Below, one piece after another: positions 37,695 to 47,901 of a DNA stretch of 48,906 nt (position 1 is its first letter; the number at the start of each line of letters is the position of its first letter). Made by a program: the position numbers and the translations under genes. Source of the stretch: an uncultured bacterium (lineage in GTDB: Bacteria; SAR324; NAC60-12); assembly GCA_965662845.1 (NCBI GenBank), contig CBFIJD010000023.1:1-48906 (forward strand). The letters are read 5' to 3'. The notes under the pieces are model-generated. The model was not told where the DNA came from. It made no database searches and saw only the letters and a program-made list of their open reading frames with translations.

Positions 37695-38783
37695 ATGGCG
37701 CAAGTTCGGCTGGTTAACATCACCAAAAAGTTCGGCACTACGACGGTGATCCCCGAACTTAACTTAGAGATCCCTGACAAGGAATTTGTCGTCCTCGTCG
37801 GCCCCTCCGGCTGCGGCAAAACGACGACCCTGCGCATGATCGCGGGTTTGGAAGAAGCCACCTCTGGCACTATCAAAGTAGGCGAGCGCGACGTGACACA
37901 GCTGCGCCCGGGGCTACGCAACTGCGCGATGGTGTTTCAGAACTACGCGCTCTACCCGCACATGAGCGTGCGCCAGAACATCTCCTATGGCATGAAAGTG
38001 CGCAAAATGCCGAAAGCCGAGATCGAACAGCGCGTCCAGGCAGCCGCTCGCATTCTCGGACTCGAAGCTCTGCTGGAGCGCCGCCCCAAAAACCTCTCGG
38101 GCGGACAACGCCAGCGGGTCGCGATCGGTCGCGCCATTGTCCGCGAGCCAGAGGTCTTCCTCTTCGATGAGCCGCTCTCGAACCTCGACGCCAAGCTGCG
38201 CATTGAGATGCGCACCGAGATCAAAAATTTACACCAACGCCTGAGCGCCACGATGGTCTATGTGACGCACGACCAAGTCGAGGCGATGACGCTCGCGGAT
38301 CGAGTGGTCGTGATGAAAGACGGACACATCGCTCAGATGGCAGACCCCATTACGCTCTATGAGCAGCCGGCAAATACCTTTGTCGCGGGCTTCATTGGCT
38401 CGCCTAGCATGAACTTCCTCAACGTCACCATCGAAGCCGAACAAGAGGCGCTCTTCCTGCGTCTGGAAGATCAAAGTCGCCTACGCGTTCCCGAGGATCG
38501 ACGCGCACGCTACGCGCCATACACCGGGCAGCGGGTCACCTTGGGGATTCGCCCAGAGCACGTAGCTCAGCATCACGCGGGACACCCAGCGCGCACTGAG
38601 ATCAAAACCGAGGTGCTGGAGCCGCTGGGCCCCCACACGCTCCTATTGGGCAACATCGGGGAGAGTCGGTTTGTGGCACAAGTCGATGCCCACGTGCGCG
38701 TCAAACCTGGGGAAGCCTTCCCGCTCGGCTTCGATATGCAGCACATGCATCTGTTTGACGCCGACAGCGGAGACGTGTTGTGA
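37695..38783 (+). CDS. Sugar ABC transporter ATP-binding protein (start moved to ATG 37695)
   Basis: GPSGCGKT, LSGGQRQR, FDEPLSNLD, YVTHDQ. Confidence 0.95.
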   Translation: MAQVRLVNITKKFGTTTVIPELNLEIPDKEFVVLVGPSGCGKTTTLRMIAGLEEATSGTIKVGERDVTQLRPGLRNCAMVFQNYALYPHMSVRQNISYGMKVRKMPKAEIEQRVQAAARILGLEALLERRPKNLSGGQRQRVAIGRAIVREPEVFLFDEPLSNLDAKLRIEMRTEIKNLHQRLSATMVYVTHDQVEAMTLADRVVVMKDGHIAQMADPITLYEQPANTFVAGFIGSPSMNFLNVTIEAEQEALFLRLEDQSRLRVPEDRRARYAPYTGQRVTLGIRPEHVAQHHAGHPARTEIKTEVLEPLGPHTLLLGNIGESRFVAQVDAHVRVKPGEAFPLGFDMQHMHLFDADSGDVL

Positions 38784-39721
38784 ACCCGGGAACCCCGCTG
38801 CATTTGGACTGGCTTGAAGAGCAAAACATCAACCACGTGGCAGTCGAGCACCGCGCCGCGACGCTCCCCGCTCGGCGTACCGTCAAGCAGCAGTGGCAAG
38901 CCGCGTGGCTGCTCAAAGCCATCGCCTGCATGGATCTCACCACCCTCTCCAGCGACGACACGCAGCAACGCGTCAAGCGCCTCTGCGCGAAAGCCCGCCG
39001 CCCTTTGCGTCCCGACCTCACGGCGGAGCTGGGCATCGCCCACTGGAATCTGCGCGTCGGCGCCGTCTGCGTCTATCACGCCTTTGTGGAGACCGCCGTC
39101 CAAGCGCTCACGGGCTCAGGCGTCCCCGTCGCCGCCGTCTCTACGGGCTTCCCTCACGGACTCAGCCCGCTGCCGCTCAAGCTGGCGGAGATTCGCGCGT
39201 CTGTCGCCGCAGGTGCCCAAGAGATCGACATCGTCATCACCCGAGAACACGTCTTCACCAAAAACTGGCAGGCGCTCTATGACGAAATCCTCGCCTACAA
39301 AGAAGCCTGCGGCGCAGCGCACCTGAAGACCATTCTCGGCACAGGAGAGCTCGGGACGTACACGAACGTCGCCCAAGCGAGCTGGGTCTGCATGATGGCA
39401 GGCGCTGACTTCATCAAAACTTCCACGGGCAAAGAAGACGTGAACGCCACCTTGCCGGTCAGCTTGGTCATGCTGCGGTGCCTGCGAGACTATCAAGCAC
39501 GGACCGGGCACCGTGTGGGCTTCAAACCCGCAGGAGGCCTCCGCACCGCAAAACAAGCGCTCGATTGGCTCGCGCTTTGGCGTGAAGAGCTCGGCCCAGA
39601 GTCCTTGACCCCCAGCCGCTTTCGTTTAGGGGCGAGCAGCCTGCTCACCGACATCGAACGCCAACTCGAACACCACGTCACCGGACGCTACGCCGCGACG
39701 CATCACCAACCCCTGGGCTGA
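38780..39721 (+). CDS. deoC: 2-deoxyribose-5-phosphate aldolase
   Basis: DLTTL, AVSTGFP, EIDIV, LKTIL.TGEL, DFIKTSTGK, GFKPAGG. Confidence 0.93.
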   Translation: MNPGTPLHLDWLEEQNINHVAVEHRAATLPARRTVKQQWQAAWLLKAIACMDLTTLSSDDTQQRVKRLCAKARRPLRPDLTAELGIAHWNLRVGAVCVYHAFVETAVQALTGSGVPVAAVSTGFPHGLSPLPLKLAEIRASVAAGAQEIDIVITREHVFTKNWQALYDEILAYKEACGAAHLKTILGTGELGTYTNVAQASWVCMMAGADFIKTSTGKEDVNATLPVSLVMLRCLRDYQARTGHRVGFKPAGGLRTAKQALDWLALWREELGPESLTPSRFRLGASSLLTDIERQLEHHVTGRYAATHHQPLG

Positions 39722-39727
39722 GGCGTC

Positions 39728-42106
39728 ATGGAAGACTTACAACGCATCTTTGAGCACATGGAATACGGTCTCGCTCTAGAAAATGCCTCCGCCGCTCATG
39801 CCTGGCTCGACGAACACCAACGACGGTTTGGTCTCTGGATCAACGGCGCTTGGCACGCTGACGCCCTGGCGAAGACGTTCCTGACCGAGAACCCGGCGAC
39901 CGGGGAGCCGCTGGCGACCTGCACCCAAGCCTCCGCCGCCGCTGTCGACCGCGCGGTGCAAGCCGCGAGCGCAGCCCAGCCGAGGTGGCAGGCGCTCGCA
40001 GGGTTTGAGCGCGCTAAATTCCTCTACGCCCTCGCTCGCGAGTTACAGAAACACGCCCGACTGCTCGCCGTGCTTGAGACGCTCGACAACGGCAAGCCCA
40101 TCCGCGAGAGCCGCGATCTCGATGTCCCGCTTGCGATTCGTCACTTCTATCACCACGCCGGATGGGCGAGCTTGCTGGCAGAAGAGTTCCCCAACCAACA
40201 GGCGCTGGGCGTCGCTGCGCAGATCATTCCGTGGAATTTCCCGCTGCTGCTGCTGGCCTGGAAGGTCGCTCCAGCGCTGGCCACAGGCAACACCGTCGTG
40301 CTCAAGCCTGCGGAGCAGACCCCCCTCACGGCGCTCTGGTTTGCAGAGTGTACGCAGCGTGTGGGGCTGCCTGCTGGCGTGTTTCAGCTGCTGACCGGAG
40401 CTGGACAGGTCGGAGAAACGCTCGCGCAGCACCCTGCCGTAAATAAGATCGCGTTCACGGGGTCAACCGCTGTGGGCAAGCGCCTGCGAGAACTCACCGC
40501 CGCCAGCCCAGCCCCTTTGACGCTTGAGCTTGGAGGGACGTCCCCGTTTTTGGTGCTCGCGGACGCAGACCTTGACAGCGCGGTGGAAGGGGTCGTCGAG
40601 GCGATTGGATCCAACCAAGGGGAAGGCTGTTGCGCAGGCTCGCGGTTGTTGCTGCAAGAGAGCATCGCCACACGCTTCGTCGCAAAGCTGAAGACGCGAA
40701 TGTCTCGCCTGCGCGTCGGCAACCCGCTCGACAAAGCGATCGATCTGGGAGCCCTAGTGAGCGAGGCGCAACGGCAACGCGTCCAGAGCTACTTGACGCA
40801 AGGCCAAGCCGAAGGGCTGGAAATGTGGCAACCGGCGCTCACGCTGCCTGCCCAAGGCGCGTTCTGTGCCCCAATTTTAGTCTGCAACGTCGACCCCGCC
40901 TCGGCGCTGGCCCAAGAGGAACTCTGCGGCCCGGTCGCCGTCACCCAGACGTTTCGCACCCCTCAAGAAGCCGTCCAGTTGGCGAACAACACGCGCAACG
41001 GACTCGCCGCGAGCATTTGGACTGAGAATGGGCAAACCGCCGCCGCCCTCGCGCGACAACTCAAAGTCGGAGTGGTCTGGATCAACAGCACGAACCGTTT
41101 TGACGCCGCTTGCGGCTTTGGTGGCTATCGAGAGAGTGGCGTTGGGCGAGAAGGCGGGCGAGAGGGCTTGCTGGAATATCTCCGCCCTCGAACGGACGGT
41201 CGCAGAGAGCCTCCGCTGCAGCGACAGCCAGCGCCGGCAGAGACCCCAGCCGCGCTAGTCAGTGAGATCAACCGGACGGCGAAGCTCTACATCGGTGGAG
41301 CGCAGGTGCGGCCTGACTCAGGGCTGTCGCTCTCGGTCTGGAACGCAGACGGTTCGCTCGCAGGAGAAGTCGGGCAGGGGACGCGCAAAGACATCCGTAA
41401 CGCCGTCGAAGCCGCGCACAAAGCCGCGAGCTGGTCTCAGGTGGACAGCCACCTGCGCGCGCAGATTCTGTACTTCATCGCAGAGAACCTGAGCATCCGA
41501 CGCCTAGAGTTTCAGGCGCGTCTGCAGCAACTGACCGGGAGCGACGCGGCAACCGCAGCGCGAGAAGTCTCCCAGTGCTTGGAGCGCTGCTTCACCTACG
41601 CTGCGTGGGCGGACAAGTTCGAAGGCGCTGTGCACCAGCCCCCGGCAGCGTTTCAGGTCATCGCGCAGCCGGAGCCGCTGGGGGTGCTCGGCGTGATTTG
41701 CCCTGAACACCAGCCGATGCTGTCGCTGCTGTCGCTGCTCTTGCCCGCGCTCGCGCTGGGGAACCGCGTAGTGCTGGTGCCCTCACGGGCTCACGCGCTG
41801 GTGGCTACCGATTTGGTGCAAGTGTTCGAGACCTCCGACATCCCAGCTGGCGCGGTCAATGTCATCACGGGAGACCCGCTCACGTTGGTGGCTCCGCTAG
41901 CGGCGCACGAGGATGTCCAAGGCATCTGGGTCTTCGGTGCTGCCGAAGAGGTGACCGTGGCCAAACGTGAGAGCGTTGGCAACTTGAAGCGAGTTTGGAG
42001 CAGCGAAGGGCAGAGCGTGGACTGGTCGCTGCCCACGGCCCAAGGGCGAGAATTTTTGCGACAGGCGAGTCAGATCAAAAACATTTGGATGCCGTACGGA
42101 GTGTGA
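39728..42106 (+). CDS. Two-domain aldehyde dehydrogenase (deoC-associated type), motifs partly eroded
   Basis: IIPWNFP, LKPAE.TP, FTGST, ELGG, CCAGSR; second ALDH-like domain ending KNIW.PYG. Confidence 0.85.
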   Translation: MEDLQRIFEHMEYGLALENASAAHAWLDEHQRRFGLWINGAWHADALAKTFLTENPATGEPLATCTQASAAAVDRAVQAASAAQPRWQALAGFERAKFLYALARELQKHARLLAVLETLDNGKPIRESRDLDVPLAIRHFYHHAGWASLLAEEFPNQQALGVAAQIIPWNFPLLLLAWKVAPALATGNTVVLKPAEQTPLTALWFAECTQRVGLPAGVFQLLTGAGQVGETLAQHPAVNKIAFTGSTAVGKRLRELTAASPAPLTLELGGTSPFLVLADADLDSAVEGVVEAIGSNQGEGCCAGSRLLLQESIATRFVAKLKTRMSRLRVGNPLDKAIDLGALVSEAQRQRVQSYLTQGQAEGLEMWQPALTLPAQGAFCAPILVCNVDPASALAQEELCGPVAVTQTFRTPQEAVQLANNTRNGLAASIWTENGQTAAALARQLKVGVVWINSTNRFDAACGFGGYRESGVGREGGREGLLEYLRPRTDGRREPPLQRQPAPAETPAALVSEINRTAKLYIGGAQVRPDSGLSLSVWNADGSLAGEVGQGTRKDIRNAVEAAHKAASWSQVDSHLRAQILYFIAENLSIRRLEFQARLQQLTGSDAATAAREVSQCLERCFTYAAWADKFEGAVHQPPAAFQVIAQPEPLGVLGVICPEHQPMLSLLSLLLPALALGNRVVLVPSRAHALVATDLVQVFETSDIPAGAVNVITGDPLTLVAPLAAHEDVQGIWVFGAAEEVTVAKRESVGNLKRVWSSEGQSVDWSLPTAQGREFLRQASQIKNIWMPYGV

Positions 42107-42107
42107 G

Positions 42108-42896
42108 ATGGATCTACAGCTGAGCGACAAAGTCGTCGTGATCACAGGAGGAGCGAAAGGGATCGGTGCGGCGACGGTGCGAGCCTTCCTCGAAGAAGGG
42201 GCCCGAGTGTACTTTGTCGACAAAGACGAAGAGGCAGGAGAGGCGCTCGCGAGCGCCTGCGCAGGCGCTGAGTTTTTGAGCGCTGACCTGAGCCAAGAGC
42301 AGACCTGCGCTGAAGTGCTGGCGCGAGTGGTGCGCCAGTCAGGGCGCCTCGATGTCTTGGTGAACAACGCTGGCCTCAATGAAAAGCTCGGTTTAGACAC
42401 GCCCCCCGAGCAGTTCATGACGTCTGTGCGCTTCAACTTGCTGCACTACTACGCGATGACGTACTACGCGCGGCCCCATCTGCAGCAAACACGGGGGAAC
42501 ATCATCAACCTTGGATCTAAGGTCTCATTCACAGGCCAAGGGAACACGTCCCCTTACGCCGCCGCAAAAGGCGCAATTGCAGGGCTCACGCGAGAGTGGG
42601 CGCTGGCGCTGGCGCCAGAAGGGATCCGAGTGAACGCCTTCATGCCCGCAGAGGTCTATACCGCGATGTATGAAGCTGGGTTCCAAGCCAGCCGTGATCC
42701 AGCAGGGCTGCGGGAAGCGATCCAGCGGATGATCCCGTTGGCGCAGCGTTTGACAACTGCCGAAGAATTGGCCCGCTCCATCGTGTTCGTCGCCTCGCCA
42801 GTGTCATCGCACACGACGGGACAATGGATCGTCGTTGATGGCGGCTACACGCACCTAGACCGCGCCTTCGGGCACCACCTTGAACAATACAGCTAA
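42108..42896 (+). CDS. SDR, L-fucose/D-arabinose dehydrogenase-like
   Basis: TGGAKGIG, NNAG.N, SKV..TGQG.TS.YAAAK, PAEV.T.MY, VDGGY.HLDRA. Confidence 0.75.
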   Translation: MDLQLSDKVVVITGGAKGIGAATVRAFLEEGARVYFVDKDEEAGEALASACAGAEFLSADLSQEQTCAEVLARVVRQSGRLDVLVNNAGLNEKLGLDTPPEQFMTSVRFNLLHYYAMTYYARPHLQQTRGNIINLGSKVSFTGQGNTSPYAAAKGAIAGLTREWALALAPEGIRVNAFMPAEVYTAMYEAGFQASRDPAGLREAIQRMIPLAQRLTTAEELARSIVFVASPVSSHTTGQWIVVDGGYTHLDRAFGHHLEQYS

Positions 42897-43822
42897 TGGC
42901 ACATGACCTCGGATTCCTAGGCGTCTCCACTCAGCACTCATTGATCCGCAAGCTGTTCCCTCTGTGGGCCGAACACCTGCAGCTCGAACACGCGACCCTG
43001 CGCGGCTTTGACCACCCAATAGACGCCACCGCCGCCGCCATTCGCACGCAGATTCAAGAGCTGCGCGCCGATCCAAACCTAGCGGGCGCGTTGGTGACGA
43101 CTCACAAAGTCGCGGTCTGGGAGCACGCTCGCGCTGAGTTCGCCGCGCTAGATGAACACGCCCAACGCCTAGGCGAGGTCAGCTGCATCTCGCGCAACGC
43201 CGCTGGAGAGCTTGTCGGGCATGCGAAGGATCCGCTCACGGTGAAGCAAGCGCTCCAGTCGCTCGCTGCCGAGACTCATTGGCGCACAGCGTCGGCGGCG
43301 GAGGTCCTGATCTTAGGTGGCGGCGGCGCGGGGCTGGCGTTGACGTGGGTCTTGCTGCAGCAGGCGGCGCGACCGGCGCACATCCACATCGCAGAGACGC
43401 AGGCGACGCGCCGAGCGCAGTTCGCTCAACACCTGCAGGGGCAGCCTCCCGAACGCTGGACGCTGCACGCGGTCAACGACACCGCCGCGACCGACCAATT
43501 GCTGGCGCAGCTGCCGCCTCACAGTCTGGTGGTCAACGCGACGGGAATGGGGAAAGACCGCCCAGGGTCGCCGCTCTCGGCGCGAGCCACCTTCCCCAAA
43601 CACGGGCGAGTGTGGGAGTTCAACTATCGCGGCTCCCTTGAGTTCTTGCGTCAGGCGCAGGCGCAGGCCGCCTCACAACGCCTAACCATCGCAGATGGCT
43701 GGGAATATTTTCTCGCAGGCTGGGCTTTTGTCATCGCAGAGGTCTATCACTTTGACCTCACGCCTGAGCGATTCTCTGCGATGGCAGCGGTCGCCCAGCC
43801 GCTACGCCCTACTCACCACTGA
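42896..43822 (+). CDS. Shikimate-dehydrogenase-like NAD(P)-dependent oxidoreductase of unknown substrate
   Basis: GALVTTHK, LGGGGAG, VVNATGMG, WEFNY, DGWEYF; canonical AroE NTD motif replaced by AKD. Confidence 0.7.
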   Translation: MAHDLGFLGVSTQHSLIRKLFPLWAEHLQLEHATLRGFDHPIDATAAAIRTQIQELRADPNLAGALVTTHKVAVWEHARAEFAALDEHAQRLGEVSCISRNAAGELVGHAKDPLTVKQALQSLAAETHWRTASAAEVLILGGGGAGLALTWVLLQQAARPAHIHIAETQATRRAQFAQHLQGQPPERWTLHAVNDTAATDQLLAQLPPHSLVVNATGMGKDRPGSPLSARATFPKHGRVWEFNYRGSLEFLRQAQAQAASQRLTIADGWEYFLAGWAFVIAEVYHFDLTPERFSAMAAVAQPLRPTHH

Positions 43823-43836
43823 TCTCACGGAAGACC

Positions 43837-45345
43837 ATGCCTACACTGCTGACCCTTCACCCAGAAGACAACGTCTCGATCGCGCTGGAAGCTCTGACGG
43901 CGAGCGCCCACACGGAGGCGCTGCGGGTTCTGGACAACATCCCTGCCGGACACAAAGTGGCGACGCGCCCAATTCCCCAAGGGGAGGCGATCCGCAAATA
44001 CGGTCAGATCATCGGCTTTGCCAGCGAACCGATCGCCCCCGGACAGCATGTGCACACCCACAACGTCCAAGTGCAGCGTTTTGAGCGACGACACGAATTT
44101 GGGGTCGCCGCGCAGGGGACGCAATTTGTGGAGCAGCCAGCGACCTTCGAGGGTTTTGTGCGCGAAGATGGGCGGGTGGGCACGCGGAACTATCTCGCGG
44201 TGTTGACCTCCGTGAACTGCTCGGCGACCGTCGCTCGCTACATCGCGAACGCCTTCTCTGACGAAGCAGTCCGCGCGGAGTTCCCAAATGTCGATGGGGT
44301 CGTTGCTTTCACCCATGGCACGGGGTGCGGTCAGAATATTGACGGCGAGGGGCTGACGCTCTTGCGGCGTGTGATCGCTGGGTACGCGGTTCATCCGAAC
44401 GTGGGCGGCGCGTTGCTCTTGGGGCTGGGCTGCGAAGTGAATCAAGTCTCTGCGCTGTTGGAGACCCAAGGGCTGCAAGCGTCGCCTCGGCTGCGGGTTG
44501 GTACGATCCAAAGCCACGGCGGGACGCGCAAGACGGTGGCGTATGGCACAGCGCAAGTCCGCGAGATGCTGCAAGAAGCCAATCGGCTACAGCGCACCAC
44601 CGCTGCCGCAGCGCACCTGACGCTGGGGCTAGAGTGCGGAGGGTCGGACGCCTATTCGGGCATCTCGGCCAACCCAGCGCTAGGGGCCGCCGCAGACTTG
44701 CTGGTGCGCCACGGTGGCAGCTCCGTGCTGAGCGAAACCCCTGAGATCTATGGGGCAGAGCACTTGCTCACACGGCGAGCAGTGTCTCCAGAGGTGGGAG
44801 AGAAGCTGCTCGAGCGCATCCGTTGGTGGGAGGCATACACGGCTCGTCACGGCGGAGAGATGAACAACAACCCTACCCCAGGGAACAAAGCCGGAGGTCT
44901 GACGACCATCTTAGAGAAATCGCTGGGGGCGGTCGCCAAGGGCGGGACCTCCGACATGGTGGCGGTGTATGAATACGCGCAGCGCATCCAGTCGCGAGGC
45001 TTCGCCTTCATGGACACGCCGGGCTACGACCCTGTCTCGATCACCGGACAAGTCGCCGGAGGCTGCAACCTCGTGTGTTTCACCACCGGACGCGGCTCTG
45101 TATATGGCTGCAAACCCGCGCCCAGCCTGAAGCTAGCGACGAACTCCGCGATGTATCAGCGCATGGAAGAAGACATGGACTTCAACTGCGGTGAGATCAT
45201 CGACGGCACCAGCAGCGTCCAAGCGATGGGAGAGAAGATCTTTCAACGCTTGCTCGAGCTTGCCTCAGGGAGCCCTTCCAAAAGCGAAGCGCTCGGCTTT
45301 GGGGACTATGAGTTCGTTCCGTGGCAAATCGGCGCGGTAATGTAA
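43837..45345 (+). CDS. UxaA/altronate dehydratase-family sugar-acid dehydratase (SAF + catalytic domain)
   Basis: IPAGHKVA, KYGQIIG, HTHN, G.RNY, H.TGCG, GLGCE, CGGSD, FTTGRGS. Confidence 0.9.
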   Translation: MPTLLTLHPEDNVSIALEALTASAHTEALRVLDNIPAGHKVATRPIPQGEAIRKYGQIIGFASEPIAPGQHVHTHNVQVQRFERRHEFGVAAQGTQFVEQPATFEGFVREDGRVGTRNYLAVLTSVNCSATVARYIANAFSDEAVRAEFPNVDGVVAFTHGTGCGQNIDGEGLTLLRRVIAGYAVHPNVGGALLLGLGCEVNQVSALLETQGLQASPRLRVGTIQSHGGTRKTVAYGTAQVREMLQEANRLQRTTAAAAHLTLGLECGGSDAYSGISANPALGAAADLLVRHGGSSVLSETPEIYGAEHLLTRRAVSPEVGEKLLERIRWWEAYTARHGGEMNNNPTPGNKAGGLTTILEKSLGAVAKGGTSDMVAVYEYAQRIQSRGFAFMDTPGYDPVSITGQVAGGCNLVCFTTGRGSVYGCKPAPSLKLATNSAMYQRMEEDMDFNCGEIIDGTSSVQAMGEKIFQRLLELASGSPSKSEALGFGDYEFVPWQIGAVM

Positions 45346-45356
45346 AGGAGCTTCGC

Positions 45357-46268
45357 ATGATTCCGATGATCGACACACACCAACACTTGTGGGATTTGGA
45401 GCGGCTGCAGGTCAGTTGGGTCGCCGCAGAGCCCACGCTCAACCGCTCGTTTACGCCTGCCGACTATCAAGCGGCGACGGCTAACTGTGGCGTCGAGCAG
45501 ACGGTTTACATGGAGGTCGCCGCAGAGCCCGCCTCGCGGGCGCAAGAGATCGCAGACGTGACAAGGTTCTGTGAAGAAGAGAGCACGCGGGTCGGTGGGA
45601 TGGTGATTGCCGCGGACCCAAGCGCTCCCGACTTCGAGGAGTGGCTAGGCGTCCATCACGCAAATCGGTGGGTGAAGGGAGCACGACAGATTCTGCACAC
45701 GCCTGAGTTTGCTCCGCGCTATTGCTTGCAGCCGCAGTTCGTACAAGGCGTGCGGGCGCTAGGAGCGCGCGGGTGGCTGTTTGACCTCTGCATGCGCCCC
45801 GCTGAGCTAGCCGACGCCGTCGCGTTGGCGCAGCAGTGTCCCGACACGCAGTTCATTCTGGATCACTGCGGCAACGCCGTCCCTGCGATTGTTGCGGGGA
45901 TCGTCGGAGCGGAGAGCGAACCAGAGGGCAGCACCTATCGGCACGAAGCTAACGCCTGGCGGGAACAGATCGCGGCGCTGGCAGCGCTGCCCAATGTGCA
46001 CTGTAAAATTTCAGGCATCTTTGCGCGGGTTCCGCCGACGTGGAACACGGATCTGCTCGCGCCGACCATCGACCACTGTCTGGATTGCTTCGGTCCTGAT
46101 CGGGTGCTCTGCGGGAGCGATTGGCCCGTGTGTTTGTTGGGCGGCGCGCTGGCGGAGTGGATTCAGGCGCTGCGCGAGATCATTCGTCCACGCTCTGCAG
46201 CGTTCCAGCACGCGTTGCTGCACGAGAACGCGCGGCGACTCTATCAATTGTCAACCCGTTCCAGCTGA
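45357..46268 (+). CDS. Amidohydrolase-family sugar lactonase (L-fucono/L-rhamnono-lactonase-like; ATG 45357)
   Basis: IDTHQHLW, ILDHCG, KISG, FGPDR...GSDWPV. Confidence 0.8.
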   Translation: MIPMIDTHQHLWDLERLQVSWVAAEPTLNRSFTPADYQAATANCGVEQTVYMEVAAEPASRAQEIADVTRFCEEESTRVGGMVIAADPSAPDFEEWLGVHHANRWVKGARQILHTPEFAPRYCLQPQFVQGVRALGARGWLFDLCMRPAELADAVALAQQCPDTQFILDHCGNAVPAIVAGIVGAESEPEGSTYRHEANAWREQIAALAALPNVHCKISGIFARVPPTWNTDLLAPTIDHCLDCFGPDRVLCGSDWPVCLLGGALAEWIQALREIIRPRSAAFQHALLHENARRLYQLSTRSS

Positions 46269-46287
46269 ATTTTTTTAGGAGACGCAC

Positions 46288-47031
46288 ATGAATCGACTGA
46301 CAGGCAAACGCATCTTGATCACTGCGGCGGCGCAAGGGATCGGCTTGGAGACGACACGACAGTTCTTGGCCGAGGGCGCCGAAGTCTGGGCGACGGACAT
46401 TCAACTGGAGCCGCTGCAACAGCTTGCGCAACACCAAGGGCGCCTGCATGTGCAGCATCTGGACGTCTGCGACGCGGCGGCGATTCGGCAGCTCGGGGAG
46501 CAGCTGGGAGCGGTGGATGTGCTCTTTAACTGCGCCGGAGTCGTGCATCACGGGAGCGTGCTCGACTGTACAGAAGAGCAGTGGGAGCTGGCGTTTGACC
46601 TCAACGTCCGCTCCATGTTTCGGCTGGTGCAGGCCTGCTTGCCAGCGATGATTGCCAACGGCGGCGGCTCCATCCTCAACATGTCCTCGGTGGCGAGCAG
46701 CGTGAAGGGGCTCCCGCATCGTTTTGTGTATGGTGCGAGCAAGGCGGCAGTGATTGGGCTGACCAAGTCAATCGCGGCGGATTTTGTGGGACACGGTGTG
46801 CGCTGCAACGCGATCTGTCCTGGGACGGTCGAGACGCCTTCGCTGCAAGAACGCATCGCCGCGCAAGGGGGCAACGTCGAGGACGTCCGCGCGGCCTTTG
46901 TGGCGCGTCAACCGATGGGGCGTATTGGCGCTGCGCAAGAGATCGCCGCGCTGGCGGTGTACTTAGCCTCCGATGAATCTTCTTATACGACTGGAGCCGT
47001 CTTCTCGATTGATGGCGGCATGACCATTTAA
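46288..47031 (+). CDS. SDR, 2-keto-3-deoxy-L-fuconate dehydrogenase/BDH2-like
   Basis: ITAAAQGIG, FNCAG.VH.G, SSVASS.KG...RF.YGASK, CPGTVETPSL. Confidence 0.8.
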   Translation: MNRLTGKRILITAAAQGIGLETTRQFLAEGAEVWATDIQLEPLQQLAQHQGRLHVQHLDVCDAAAIRQLGEQLGAVDVLFNCAGVVHHGSVLDCTEEQWELAFDLNVRSMFRLVQACLPAMIANGGGSILNMSSVASSVKGLPHRFVYGASKAAVIGLTKSIAADFVGHGVRCNAICPGTVETPSLQERIAAQGGNVEDVRAAFVARQPMGRIGAAQEIAALAVYLASDESSYTTGAVFSIDGGMTI

Positions 47032-47052
47032 TCTTCGCAATGGGAGACTCTC

Positions 47053-47901
47053 ATGAAACTTTTGCGCTATGGCGATGTGGGCAACGAACGCCCTGGACTG
47101 ATCGACAGCTTGGGCAGGCTGCGTGACCTGTCTGCGGTCATCTCTGATGTGGCAGGAGACGCCCTGCTGCCAGCACAGCAGGCAAGGCTGCGACAGCTCG
47201 ACGTGACACAGCTTCCGGAAGTGAAAGGCCGCCCACGCCTGGGCCCCTGCGTAGGGAGGGTCGGAAAGTTTATTTGCATTGGCTTGAACTACTCAGATCA
47301 CGCCGCAGAGTCGGGCATGGCTGTCCCGCCGGAGCCGGTCGTGTTCTTCAAAGCGACCAGCGCCATCTGTGGCCCCCACGACCACCTGATCTTGCCTCGG
47401 GGGTCAGAAAAGACGGACTGGGAAGTGGAGCTGGGCGTCGTGATTGGCAAGCCTGCGAAGTATGTGCGCGAAGAGCAAGCGCTGGAGCATGTGGCAGGAT
47501 ATTGTGTGGTGCACGATGTGTCTGAGCGCGCCTTTCAGCTGGAGCGCGCTGGGCAGTGGGTGAAGGGCAAAAGCTGTGACTCCTTCGGGCCGATTGGGCC
47601 GTGGTTGGTGACGCCAGACGAGATCTCCGACCCTCAGAACCTGCACCTGTGGCTCGAAGTAGACGGGCACCGCTACCAGGATGGCAACACCAGCACGATG
47701 ATCTATGGCGTGAGCTACCTCATCTCCTATCTGAGCCAATTCTTCAGCTTGCAGCCCGGCGATGTGATCTCCACCGGTACGCCTCCCGGCGTGGGGATGG
47801 GACAGAAGCCAGACCCCATCTACCTTCGTCCCGGACAAGTGGTGCACTTGAGCATTGACGGACTCGGCGATCAATCTCACCATACGGTAGCAGATGCCTG
47901 A
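47053..47901 (+). CDS. Fumarylacetoacetate hydrolase family (2,4-diketo-3-deoxy sugar acid hydrolase-like)
   Basis: MKLLRYG..G.E.PG, CIGLNY.DH, DWEVEL, DVSER, GK, TGTPPGVG. Confidence 0.88.
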   Translation: MKLLRYGDVGNERPGLIDSLGRLRDLSAVISDVAGDALLPAQQARLRQLDVTQLPEVKGRPRLGPCVGRVGKFICIGLNYSDHAAESGMAVPPEPVVFFKATSAICGPHDHLILPRGSEKTDWEVELGVVIGKPAKYVREEQALEHVAGYCVVHDVSERAFQLERAGQWVKGKSCDSFGPIGPWLVTPDEISDPQNLHLWLEVDGHRYQDGNTSTMIYGVSYLISYLSQFFSLQPGDVISTGTPPGVGMGQKPDPIYLRPGQVVHLSIDGLGDQSHHTVADA

